In this document: piece by piece, positions 8,337 through 16,031 of the stretch
Layout of the letters: every line of letters begins with the position of its first letter
Numbering within the stretch: position 1 is the first letter of the stretch
The notes under the pieces: model-generated
The model's input: the letters and a program-made list of their open reading frames with translations, nothing else
Database searches by the model: none
What the model was told of the DNA's origin: nothing
Assembly (NCBI GenBank): GCA_038316905.1
Contig: JBBQAX010000002.1
Span: 1 to 46,167 of the forward strand
Length of the DNA stretch: 46,167 nt
Reading direction: 5' to 3'
Source of the DNA: Verrucomicrobiota bacterium
GTDB lineage: Bacteria; Verrucomicrobiota; Verrucomicrobiia; Limisphaerales; CANJXF01
Translations under genes and position numbers: made by a program

Positions 8337-10103
8337 TTAAAAGGTTTCTTCAGCCAGGACCAAAAATGTTTGGTCATCCCGTGGAACGATCTGTTTCTGG
8401 AACTGCCGCAGTTCCGATGCGAGCGAGTTCTTCCATTCCTCCGCTGTCCGCAGCAGAGGTGCGTTATCCGAGAGCCACGTTATGAGGCGGCTTTGGCCAA
8501 AAAATTCGTCACGCGGATTTCGTGATTCGGTCACGCCATCCGTGTGAAGAACGAGACGGGCATTGTGCGGTAGCAACATCGTTTCTTCCGCGAAATGTGT
8601 GTCGCACAAAATCCCCAAGGGCATTCCTTCCGGAGAAATCAATCTCGGTTTTGAATCGTCATTGCCCAGAAGCAGAGCAGGGCAATGTCCCGCGCTGGCG
8701 ATGGTCAGTTCGCGGGATCGCACATCGACGAACGCAAGTTGTGCGGTGATGAACATTTCCACTTCGGAAAGTTCTTCGTGCAGCAACCGGTTGACGCGCG
8801 AAAGAAGCGCCGCCGGTTGATTCGCAAGTTCAGGTGCGCCGCGCAAAACGCTGCGGAGAACAGCGGCGAACAGCGCGGCGGGAATTCCTTTGCCCATGAC
8901 ATCCGCGATGATCAGCAACGCGGAATGTTCATTGATCGAGACGACATCGTAGAAATCACCACCGACATGCCGTGCGCTTTCGCAGAAACCGGCGAGGCTG
9001 AATCCAGAAAGCTTTGGCAGTTGTTTCGGGAGCAAAGCGCGTTGAATCCCCTGGGCAATTTCGAGTTCGTGCGTGACGAGCCGATGATTCAATTGTTCTT
9101 CGTGAAGCCGCGCGTTGACGATTTGCATCGCGAGGAAATCGGAGACGGTGTGAACGATGTTAACGTGCGCGGCGGTGAAAGGACGTTCGCTCACTTTTTT
9201 GGCAAGCGTCAATGTCCCCGTCAAAGTGTCGGCGAAATAGAATGGATGAATTAACCCGAGGCTGGCGGGTTGCATGGCCCGCAATGGATCATTTTCATGA
9301 AGCGGAATCTGGCGGCTAAACCAAATGTCTTTGTGCAATGACGCGGCTTTCAATTCTGCGGAAGATGACGTTTCTGTGCCCGAGAGTTGGAGCGGTTCGG
9401 GATGTAGTTCGGGTTCCGAAGCGACGTAATTGCTCAAGACCGTCCCGTCATCGGCAGCAACGCGCAGAAGGAACCAATCAGCCGAAGTGATTTTCAACAG
9501 ATCGTGACAGAGCGTTTGTGAGAAGCTTTTTAGATTTCCACCTTTGCTTAGCTCTGTGCCGCTGCGGAAAATTGCGGATAAACTTTCGTAACATGAACCG
9601 AGTTCCTCGGCCATTTCGCTGATGACCTGCTCGCTCTCGGCGAGCTTCAGTTTGAGGTCGTGCGCGTCGAATTTTGGAAACGACCGCGCTTTCCGCATCG
9701 TCAATGTATTCCCATCGCCGTTATTAATGTAGGTCACTTCATCCATCAACGACTGGATAATGAAAAGTCCTCGTCCGCTTTCGCTGCTTTGCTCTGCCAA
9801 CTGAATTTTTTTCGAGAGTTCAAAACCGGCGGTGTGATCGTGAATGCGCGTTTCTATAACCGTCTCATCGCAGAACAAAGTGACTTCAATTTTCTCGAAC
9901 GCTCGGGAAGGAGCGGCGTAGAGAACCGCATTGTTGCAGGCTTCGACCAACGCCAGCTCGCACGCCATGAGTTCTTCTTCCTTCAAGTCTTTTGTTTCAA
10001 GAAACTGGCGGGCCGACGCGGCCATGGGCCGCACTTCATCGAGATCGCAGGCAAGCGAAAGCTGAAGATTCATGGCGCTCGGATTTAGGAGGGGTGCGAG
10101 CAT
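8337..10103 (-). CDS. Fusion protein: RsbW-type anti-sigma kinase-like HATPase domain + GAF + PP2C (SpoIIE/RsbU-type) phosphatase
   Basis: Track ORF 8337..10199 trimmed to ATG 10103 (1 nt after the STAS stop); ATG 10073 is an alternative. The N-terminus has ELALVEACNNAVLYA (N-box), IHDHTAGF and GRGLFIIQSLMDEV (G-boxes). The middle is GAF-like. The C-terminus has GGDFYDV, IADVMGKGIPAALFAAVLRS, HTDGVTE and DDQTFLVL PP2C motifs. Confidence 0.85.
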   Translation of the reverse strand: MLAPLLNPSAMNLQLSLACDLDEVRPMAASARQFLETKDLKEEELMACELALVEACNNAVLYAAPSRAFEKIEVTLFCDETVIETRIHDHTAGFELSKKIQLAEQSSESGRGLFIIQSLMDEVTYINNGDGNTLTMRKARSFPKFDAHDLKLKLAESEQVISEMAEELGSCYESLSAIFRSGTELSKGGNLKSFSQTLCHDLLKITSADWFLLRVAADDGTVLSNYVASEPELHPEPLQLSGTETSSSAELKAASLHKDIWFSRQIPLHENDPLRAMQPASLGLIHPFYFADTLTGTLTLAKKVSERPFTAAHVNIVHTVSDFLAMQIVNARLHEEQLNHRLVTHELEIAQGIQRALLPKQLPKLSGFSLAGFCESARHVGGDFYDVVSINEHSALLIIADVMGKGIPAALFAAVLRSVLRGAPELANQPAALLSRVNRLLHEELSEVEMFITAQLAFVDVRSRELTIASAGHCPALLLGNDDSKPRLISPEGMPLGILCDTHFAEETMLLPHNARLVLHTDGVTESRNPRDEFFGQSRLITWLSDNAPLLRTAEEWKNSLASELRQFQKQIVPRDDQTFLVLAEETF

Positions 10104-10104
10104 G

Positions 10105-10407
10105 TTAACGTTTGATGATTTCAAAAATGCGATGCATCCGCGTGAGTTCAAGAATCTGCTGGACGGGCGGCGTTGGATTGAGAAGACGCACCTGGCCATT
10201 GCGAGTGCAGGCCATTTTATGTAACGAAATCAAAGCGCCCAAACCACAACTGTCCACGAACATTGTCTGAGATAAATCAACCTCGATAAACTTATGCGCA
10301 TCCGTCATCGCGGCGCGCGCGTGGTCCCGAAAAGAAGTGGCGTTGGACGCGCCCAACTCCTTTAGTCCAGTGATACTTAAAGTGTCTGCGCAGTTTAAAA
10401 CTTTCAT
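10105..10407 (-). CDS. STAS-domain anti-sigma-factor antagonist (RsbV/SpoIIAA-like)
   Basis: 100 aa. FVDSCGLGALISL matches the SpoIIAA DSSGLG phospho-serine loop, with the Ser after Asp retained. It ends in ...LELTRMHRIFEI, typical of STAS antagonists. Confidence 0.85.
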   Translation of the reverse strand: MKVLNCADTLSITGLKELGASNATSFRDHARAAMTDAHKFIEVDLSQTMFVDSCGLGALISLHKMACTRNGQVRLLNPTPPVQQILELTRMHRIFEIIKR

Positions 10408-10689
10408 ATTTATTCGCCTTTTTCATTTCCACTACGCCTTGGGAAATCTTTTTCTTCCCCTCCCTTAGGAAAGATGTGTTGACTATAGGTTGGTTGAAGA
10501 TGGCTGAACAATCAGGGGTGAGTACATTTGTTCCAGCGGCAAAAGTCCGTGCAAATTTCTCAGAGTAAACCCGAAATCCCTGATGCCTCGATGGCTCCCG
10601 GCCAAACCAGCAGTTCGGTGGCAGGTTCCCGCATCTGGCACCCGATAGCTGGACAATTTACGAACTCGCCCTTTACTGTTGGAAAATTT

Positions 10690-12000
10690 ATGGAAAAGCC
10701 CGCACCCGAAACCATTGAACCCTACCTTCAGCTGCATCCAGCCGATCTGGCCGATCGTCTCCAGCGGCTGACCATTGAGGAGGCACGTGAGGTTCTGGCT
10801 CACCTACCTGCATCGCTGGCCGCCGCTGCTATTTCAGAGATGAATCATGAACGTTCCGCTGAATTGCTCTCCGAGTTTTCTGCTGAACAAGTAACGGATC
10901 TGCTCGAGGAACTTCCCCCCAGCGAGGCCGCAGATGTTGCCGCGGATTTGACGGAGGAACAACGGGCGGAGGCGCTGGCCGATTTGCCTCCTGAAAAATC
11001 GGCAAAGCTTAACGCTCTCTTGCGTCATGCAGAGGACACCGCTGGCGGAATCATGAGCGACCGCTTCATCGCGCTCCGTGCTGAGCAGACGATTCAGGAG
11101 TGTCAAGGGGCGTTGCGCGGACGGGCCGAAGGTCAAGTAGAGGACGTCTCCTACCTCTATGTCACTGACGCGGATCAAAAACTTCTCGGCGTTGTTTCGT
11201 TACGCGACCTGGTTTTTCGGAGACCCGAGCGACGCATCTCGGAAATCATGAATCCAAAGGTCACTTTCATTCGCGTTGATGCGGACCAGGAAGAAATCGC
11301 CCGCCAATTTGAACACTATCATTTTCTCGGTTTGCCCGTGGTCGATCATCAGGGGCGACTCGTCGGAATCGTGCGCGCTAACGACGTCATCGGAATTGCG
11401 CAGCATGAAGCGACCGAAGACATGCAATTGATGGTCGGTCTGTCTGGTGAAGAACATGCCTTGACGCCGTGGCGGCGTTCCGTGCGGTCACGTCTGCCAT
11501 GGCTCTACGTGAACCTGGGAACGGCATTTTGCGGCGCGGCCGTCGTCGGACTTTTCGAGGAAACCATCGCGAGATGGACGGTATTGGCAATTTTCCTGCC
11601 CGTCGTTTCTGCGCTCGGCGGAAACTCTGGCGCGCAAACGTTGACGATTATCATACGCGATATTGCGCTCGGCGAACTGACGGAAGGAGACGGTCGGCGC
11701 GCCTTGATGAAAGAAATTTTTGTAGGCATTGCCAACGGATTGGCGATCGGAGTCATCGTTGGACTGATCAGCTATCTTTGGAAAGGTGAGGCAATTCTCG
11801 GAGTGGTGATTGCGGTCGCGATGGTGTTGAACATGCTGGCTGCGGCGTTGGTTGGCGTGTTAGTGCCATTCGGATTGAAGGCCGCGAAAATTGATCCGGC
11901 TCTCGCTTCCAGCATTTTTGTCACGGCCATCACGGACATCGCGGGATTCTTTTTCTTTTTGGGCCTGGCCACCGTGGCTCTCCGTTGGTGGGGATTGTAA
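10690..12000 (+). CDS. mgtE: Magnesium transporter MgtE
   Basis: Track ORF 10528..12000 begins with TTG. I prefer ATG 10690 (MEKPAPETIEPYLQLHPADLADRLQRL, the usual MgtE N-domain start); ATG 10591 is possible. It has the MgtE_N acidic helical region, a CBS pair (VTDADQKLLGVVSLRDL / VVDHQGRLVGIVRANDV) and a 5-TM MgtE domain (GNSGAQTLTIIIRD, ITDIAGFFFFLG). Confidence 0.9.
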   Translation: MEKPAPETIEPYLQLHPADLADRLQRLTIEEAREVLAHLPASLAAAAISEMNHERSAELLSEFSAEQVTDLLEELPPSEAADVAADLTEEQRAEALADLPPEKSAKLNALLRHAEDTAGGIMSDRFIALRAEQTIQECQGALRGRAEGQVEDVSYLYVTDADQKLLGVVSLRDLVFRRPERRISEIMNPKVTFIRVDADQEEIARQFEHYHFLGLPVVDHQGRLVGIVRANDVIGIAQHEATEDMQLMVGLSGEEHALTPWRRSVRSRLPWLYVNLGTAFCGAAVVGLFEETIARWTVLAIFLPVVSALGGNSGAQTLTIIIRDIALGELTEGDGRRALMKEIFVGIANGLAIGVIVGLISYLWKGEAILGVVIAVAMVLNMLAAALVGVLVPFGLKAAKIDPALASSIFVTAITDIAGFFFFLGLATVALRWWGL

Positions 12001-12058
12001 GCCATCACTCGTTTTGGAAACGCACTCGTCAAAGCAAAAAATCATTTTAAGTTAACTC

Positions 12059-13915
12059 GTGCAGTCCTGGAAAAAAAACTCGGAACCCTATCTCGCAAAA
12101 ATCCGGGATTTTATTCAACGACATTGGAAAGGGATCCTGTCGATTCGCGAGAAAATCAGCTTGAGCGAAGAAGCCTTTCATCTCGTTCTCGCCGGAGCGG
12201 TTGGAGTCATCGGAGGGTTTACGAATCTAATTTTTTACAACTGCATTCGTCTGTTGCAGACCATCATTTTCGGCGAAGCGCGCGATTCTGCGGAGATGGC
12301 GCATTCAATTGCCTGGTGGTTGCGTTTTCTCGTTCCTGCTGTCGGCGGACTCGCCGCTGGGGCGATACTCTATTTTGGCGTTCGGCTCGTCGGTAAACAT
12401 AGTTCCTCAAATTTCCTGGAAGTTGTCGTTGCAGGAGATGGGCGTCTCTCCTTTCGCAGTGCATTGGTGCGCGCAGTTTCCTCTTTGATGAGTATCGCAA
12501 CGGGCGCCTCCATCGGACGCGAAGGTGCAATAACCCAGATGACCGCGATGCTCTCGTCGAGGTTGGGGCAGTTTGCCAAATGGCAGCCGTATCGGCTGCG
12601 ATTGCTGGTGGCTTGCGGTGCCGCATCGGGTCTGGCGGCTGCCTACAATGCGCCTGTCGCTGGAGCGGTTTTCGCGGCGCAAATCGTTCTTGGAAATTTC
12701 TCCATGAACCTGTTTGCTCCGCTGGTTTTCTCCTCTGTTATCGCATCGATGCTTTCGCGAAATTTTTTTGGAATCAATCCATGGTATGCAATGCCTGCGT
12801 TTGATTTTACGCGAGTGTCACAATTGCCCTGGTTTCTTATACTTGGCGTTCTCGCGGGGGGCCTGGGCGTTTTATTTATGAAAATGTTGCGGCGTAGTGA
12901 GGAGACGTTCGTCCGTTTCCCGCTTCCGCTCTACCTGCGTCTGGCACTGGGAGGCATCTTCGTAGGAGTGATAGCGATCGGCTACCCGCAGGTTTGGGGT
13001 AACGGTTATTCCGTGGCGAACGAGATTCTCCACGACCATTTTGAACTGAAACTACTTTTTGGAATCGTGCTGGCCAAGCTCCTTGCGACTGTGTTGTCGA
13101 TTGGGTCAGGTGCAGTTGGGGGGGTGTTTACACCCACTCTATTCCTCGGTGCCGGTCTCGGGGCCCTCTTTGGAAAAACGCTGCACTTAGCTCACTTCGG
13201 CGAGCAGTTACCGATTGGTGTTTTTGCACTGGTTGGGATGGGCAGCATGTTAGCCGCAACCACGCGTTCGCCGCTCCTGGCAATGATCATGGTCCTGGAG
13301 ATGTCGTTCAATTATTCGCTTATGCCGCCACTCATGCTGGCGAGCGTCGTCTCCACTTTGGTCGCGCGCCGCTTTCATCCGGAATCCATTTACACTGAAC
13401 CACTCCGCAAAAAAGGTTTGGCTCTCGATTCGGAAACCGCACGAGCGGGCGCAGCCACCGAGCAAACTGTGGGGGACATTATGCGCGCGCCTATTCCACC
13501 CCTTCACGAAACCGCCACCTTGCGCGAAATTGGTGATCGCTTTCTAACGAGCGCGAATAATTTTCTGCCGGTCGTTGATGAGAAGCAGCGGTTGCTCGGA
13601 GTCGTTGCGTTGCATGATTTGAAGGAATATTTGAATGCGGGCCAGGAACTCAACGCAATCATTGCCTACGACGTGATGCGTCCGCCGCCGCCGTGCCTGA
13701 CACCCAGCCAGCGTTTGCTCGATGCCTTGCCGATCCTCCTCGCCAGTGAACAGCGTAATGTTCCTGTCGTGAACACTTTCAAAGAGAATCGATTGGTCGG
13801 AACTGTGGCTCGTGCCGAAGCGCTCGGCTCCCTTTCCGAAGCAATCGCGGCGAGCAGTATGACGACAAAATCTTCCCAACCTGAAGCCGTTAAAGAAGCG
13901 CAAGGCAGCCAATGA
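12059..13915 (+). CDS. ClC-family voltage-gated chloride channel / Cl-/H+ antiporter with C-terminal CBS pair
   Basis: GTG start. ClC selectivity motifs GASIGREGAI (GREGP-like), GSGAVGGVFTPTLF (GxFxP) and about 10-12 TM helices. The C-terminal CBS pair is LPVVDEKQRLLGVVALHDL and VPVVNTFKENRLVGTVARAE. Confidence 0.9.
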   Translation: MQSWKKNSEPYLAKIRDFIQRHWKGILSIREKISLSEEAFHLVLAGAVGVIGGFTNLIFYNCIRLLQTIIFGEARDSAEMAHSIAWWLRFLVPAVGGLAAGAILYFGVRLVGKHSSSNFLEVVVAGDGRLSFRSALVRAVSSLMSIATGASIGREGAITQMTAMLSSRLGQFAKWQPYRLRLLVACGAASGLAAAYNAPVAGAVFAAQIVLGNFSMNLFAPLVFSSVIASMLSRNFFGINPWYAMPAFDFTRVSQLPWFLILGVLAGGLGVLFMKMLRRSEETFVRFPLPLYLRLALGGIFVGVIAIGYPQVWGNGYSVANEILHDHFELKLLFGIVLAKLLATVLSIGSGAVGGVFTPTLFLGAGLGALFGKTLHLAHFGEQLPIGVFALVGMGSMLAATTRSPLLAMIMVLEMSFNYSLMPPLMLASVVSTLVARRFHPESIYTEPLRKKGLALDSETARAGAATEQTVGDIMRAPIPPLHETATLREIGDRFLTSANNFLPVVDEKQRLLGVVALHDLKEYLNAGQELNAIIAYDVMRPPPPCLTPSQRLLDALPILLASEQRNVPVVNTFKENRLVGTVARAEALGSLSEAIAASSMTTKSSQPEAVKEAQGSQ

Positions 13916-14864
13916 GTGCCGAAACAAACCAGATCAACATGACTGCGCGAGTTTTCGACCAGCCATGACGGGTGAGGCGATGTGAAAAATGGTTGTTGTC
14001 ACCGATGTAAAACGGTTTGCCCAGTCGCCAACGCAGCATCACCACGCAAACTAAATCCGCCAGAGGTATTGCCAAAATCAGCAATGGCGTAAGCACAGCA
14101 AGGCTGCGTTGATTTCCGACGGTATAGAAGTGCGGCAAAATTCCCAACACGGCCAAAAGAAATCCAACGAGATGACTTCCTGCATCGCCCAGAAACGCGG
14201 AGGCATTTGGAAAATTAAACGGCAAAAATCCTAACAGAGATCCAGCGATCATCAGAGCAATCAGCGCATCGAGAATTTGGCCTGAAGCCATTGCGCTCAG
14301 TGCGAAATACCAAGCGCCGATAAACCCAACACCTGTGCAGAGCCCATTCATGTTATCGATGAAATTGAAGGCGTTCGTCACCGTGAGAATCCAAAGGATG
14401 GTGATGGCATAACTAAAGAATAGATTCGGGACAAACAAAGTGATCCGCACGCCCGCCGCAGCGACGAGTAACGCAATCAGAAATTGGCCAGTGAACTTGA
14501 TCTTCGGCGATAACTCATGTCTGTCGTCAATCCAACCCAGCAAAAGCATTCCGAACGCTCCGAATAAGATGGCGCCAAATTCTACTGCTCGTTTTTCCAG
14601 TGTTGGACGAATGTGTTCGAACGATCTTGAGTCAGGAGCAATGAAGAAAACAATTGCTGCTGCAAAAATGATTGGAACTGCTAGACCCGTCATAACGGAA
14701 AATCCACCGGAGAGTGGAACCGGAACGGAATGAATTTTGCGATGACCGGGATCATCGACCAATCCAACACGTCGGCATTCTTTGCGCCAGAGGGGCGACG
14801 AGACCAGCGCGCTTAGCAAGGCACCGGCGAATGCCAAAATATAAATGTTCAGCGGGAAGATCAT
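13890..14864 (-). CDS. Polyprenyl-phosphate N-acetylhexosamine-1-phosphate transferase, MraY/WecA family (Glycos_transf_4)
   Basis: VGLVDDPGHRKIHSVPVPLSGG, WIDDRHELSPKIKF and VTNAFNFIDNMNGL motifs with about 10 TM segments. The start overlaps the upstream GT4 stop (ATGA at 14861-14864). The 3' end overlaps the convergent ClC gene by 26 nt. Confidence 0.85.
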   Translation of the reverse strand: MIFPLNIYILAFAGALLSALVSSPLWRKECRRVGLVDDPGHRKIHSVPVPLSGGFSVMTGLAVPIIFAAAIVFFIAPDSRSFEHIRPTLEKRAVEFGAILFGAFGMLLLGWIDDRHELSPKIKFTGQFLIALLVAAAGVRITLFVPNLFFSYAITILWILTVTNAFNFIDNMNGLCTGVGFIGAWYFALSAMASGQILDALIALMIAGSLLGFLPFNFPNASAFLGDAGSHLVGFLLAVLGILPHFYTVGNQRSLAVLTPLLILAIPLADLVCVVMLRWRLGKPFYIGDNNHFSHRLTRHGWSKTRAVMLIWFVSALIGCLALL

Positions 14865-16027
14865 CGCGCCGAATTGGTTGAACCAAGTTTCACGTAGAGT
14901 TCGTAGATATTTTCCACCATCTCTTCCACAGAAAAATGCCGATTCACAAATTGTTGCCCTCGGCCACCGAGCTTTTTCCGCAATTGTGCATCATTGGCAA
15001 GTTGCTCAATTGAATTGGTCAACGCAGCGAGATCTCCTGGTGGGATGAGAAATCCGGTCTCGTTGGGAATGCAGATTTCATTTGCGCCGTCGCAATCATA
15101 GGCAATCACGGGTTTTCCAGCGGCAAGCGCCTGGGGCAAGGCGCGGGGCAATCCTTCCCGGCGCGACAAATGCACCAGCGCATCCATGATTCCGAGGTAG
15201 CGGGGAACTTCATCGGGTGGGACCAATCCGGCAAAAATAAAATGCTTTTCCAAGCCAAGCGTCCGGGCTCGGAATTCAAAGGGTTGTCTCCATTTCCCGT
15301 CGCCCACGAGGAGAAATTTGATTTGTGGAATGCGCTTCACAATTGCCGGAGCAGCTTGAAACAGATCATCGTGCCCTTTCAATTCAAACAACCGCGCAAT
15401 CTTTCCAACCACAAAATCCTGGCCAGCGATTCCGAGTTTTTCTCGAAGCGCCAGATCGTTTGTTGAAGTCAAAAAAGGATTTAGTGAGAAGCCGCTAAAG
15501 ATGCGGGTGTACTGCGCGCGGTTGCCGATACCCGCAGCGAGGTATTGTTCAGTCATGGCGTTCGCCACAGAAATAAAATGCGTCGTAAATCGAGCCGCAT
15601 ATTTCTCGGCTGAGCGAAAGATGAGGTTGGCAAATCCATTCTGAAACTGGCCGAAAGACGGACCGTGAATGGTATGAATGACAATGGGAACGGAGGCGCG
15701 TTTGGCTGCAACTCGCCCGAGAATCCCCGCTTTGCCGCTGTGCGTGTGAACAATGTCAGGTTTCGTTTCGTGAAATATCCGGGTGAGTTTTTGGAGTGCC
15801 GCCAGGTCCTTAAATGGATCCACCGGGCGGACCAATTCAGGAATAACGGTCAGCAGCTCTGGTTGCCGGGCAAATGCTGATTCCAATGAACCTTCTGGTC
15901 CATAAGTCGGTCCCGAAATCAAATCCACGTGAACCCCGGGCTTGTTTTGCAGGCCAAGAACCGTCGCGACTGTGTTTTCCTGCGCGCCCCCGATGATCAA
16001 TCGAGTGATGACGTGGGTGACACGCAT
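14861..16027 (-). CDS. Glycosyltransferase family 4 (GT-B)
   Basis: MRVTHVITRLIIGGAQENTV..., HTHSGKAGILGR, and a C-terminal SRREGLPRALPQALAAGKPVIAYD (E-x7-E-type GT4 motif). Confidence 0.85.
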   Translation of the reverse strand: MRVTHVITRLIIGGAQENTVATVLGLQNKPGVHVDLISGPTYGPEGSLESAFARQPELLTVIPELVRPVDPFKDLAALQKLTRIFHETKPDIVHTHSGKAGILGRVAAKRASVPIVIHTIHGPSFGQFQNGFANLIFRSAEKYAARFTTHFISVANAMTEQYLAAGIGNRAQYTRIFSGFSLNPFLTSTNDLALREKLGIAGQDFVVGKIARLFELKGHDDLFQAAPAIVKRIPQIKFLLVGDGKWRQPFEFRARTLGLEKHFIFAGLVPPDEVPRYLGIMDALVHLSRREGLPRALPQALAAGKPVIAYDCDGANEICIPNETGFLIPPGDLAALTNSIEQLANDAQLRKKLGGRGQQFVNRHFSVEEMVENIYELYVKLGSTNSAR

Positions 16028-16031
16028 CCAG

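Noticed and set aside
10470-10690. Firm call of an M-box (ykoK) Mg riboswitch upstream of mgtE
   Set aside because: Only two loose block matches were seen. Several highly conserved M-box blocks were not found by eye, so it is kept only as a low-interest leader observation pending cmsearch.
12001-12058. Fluoride (crcB-motif) riboswitch upstream of the ClC gene
   Set aside because: The intergenic region is only 58 nt with no obvious pseudoknot-forming pairing. The channel also has C-terminal CBS domains, which is typical of canonical ClC rather than the ClC-F type.
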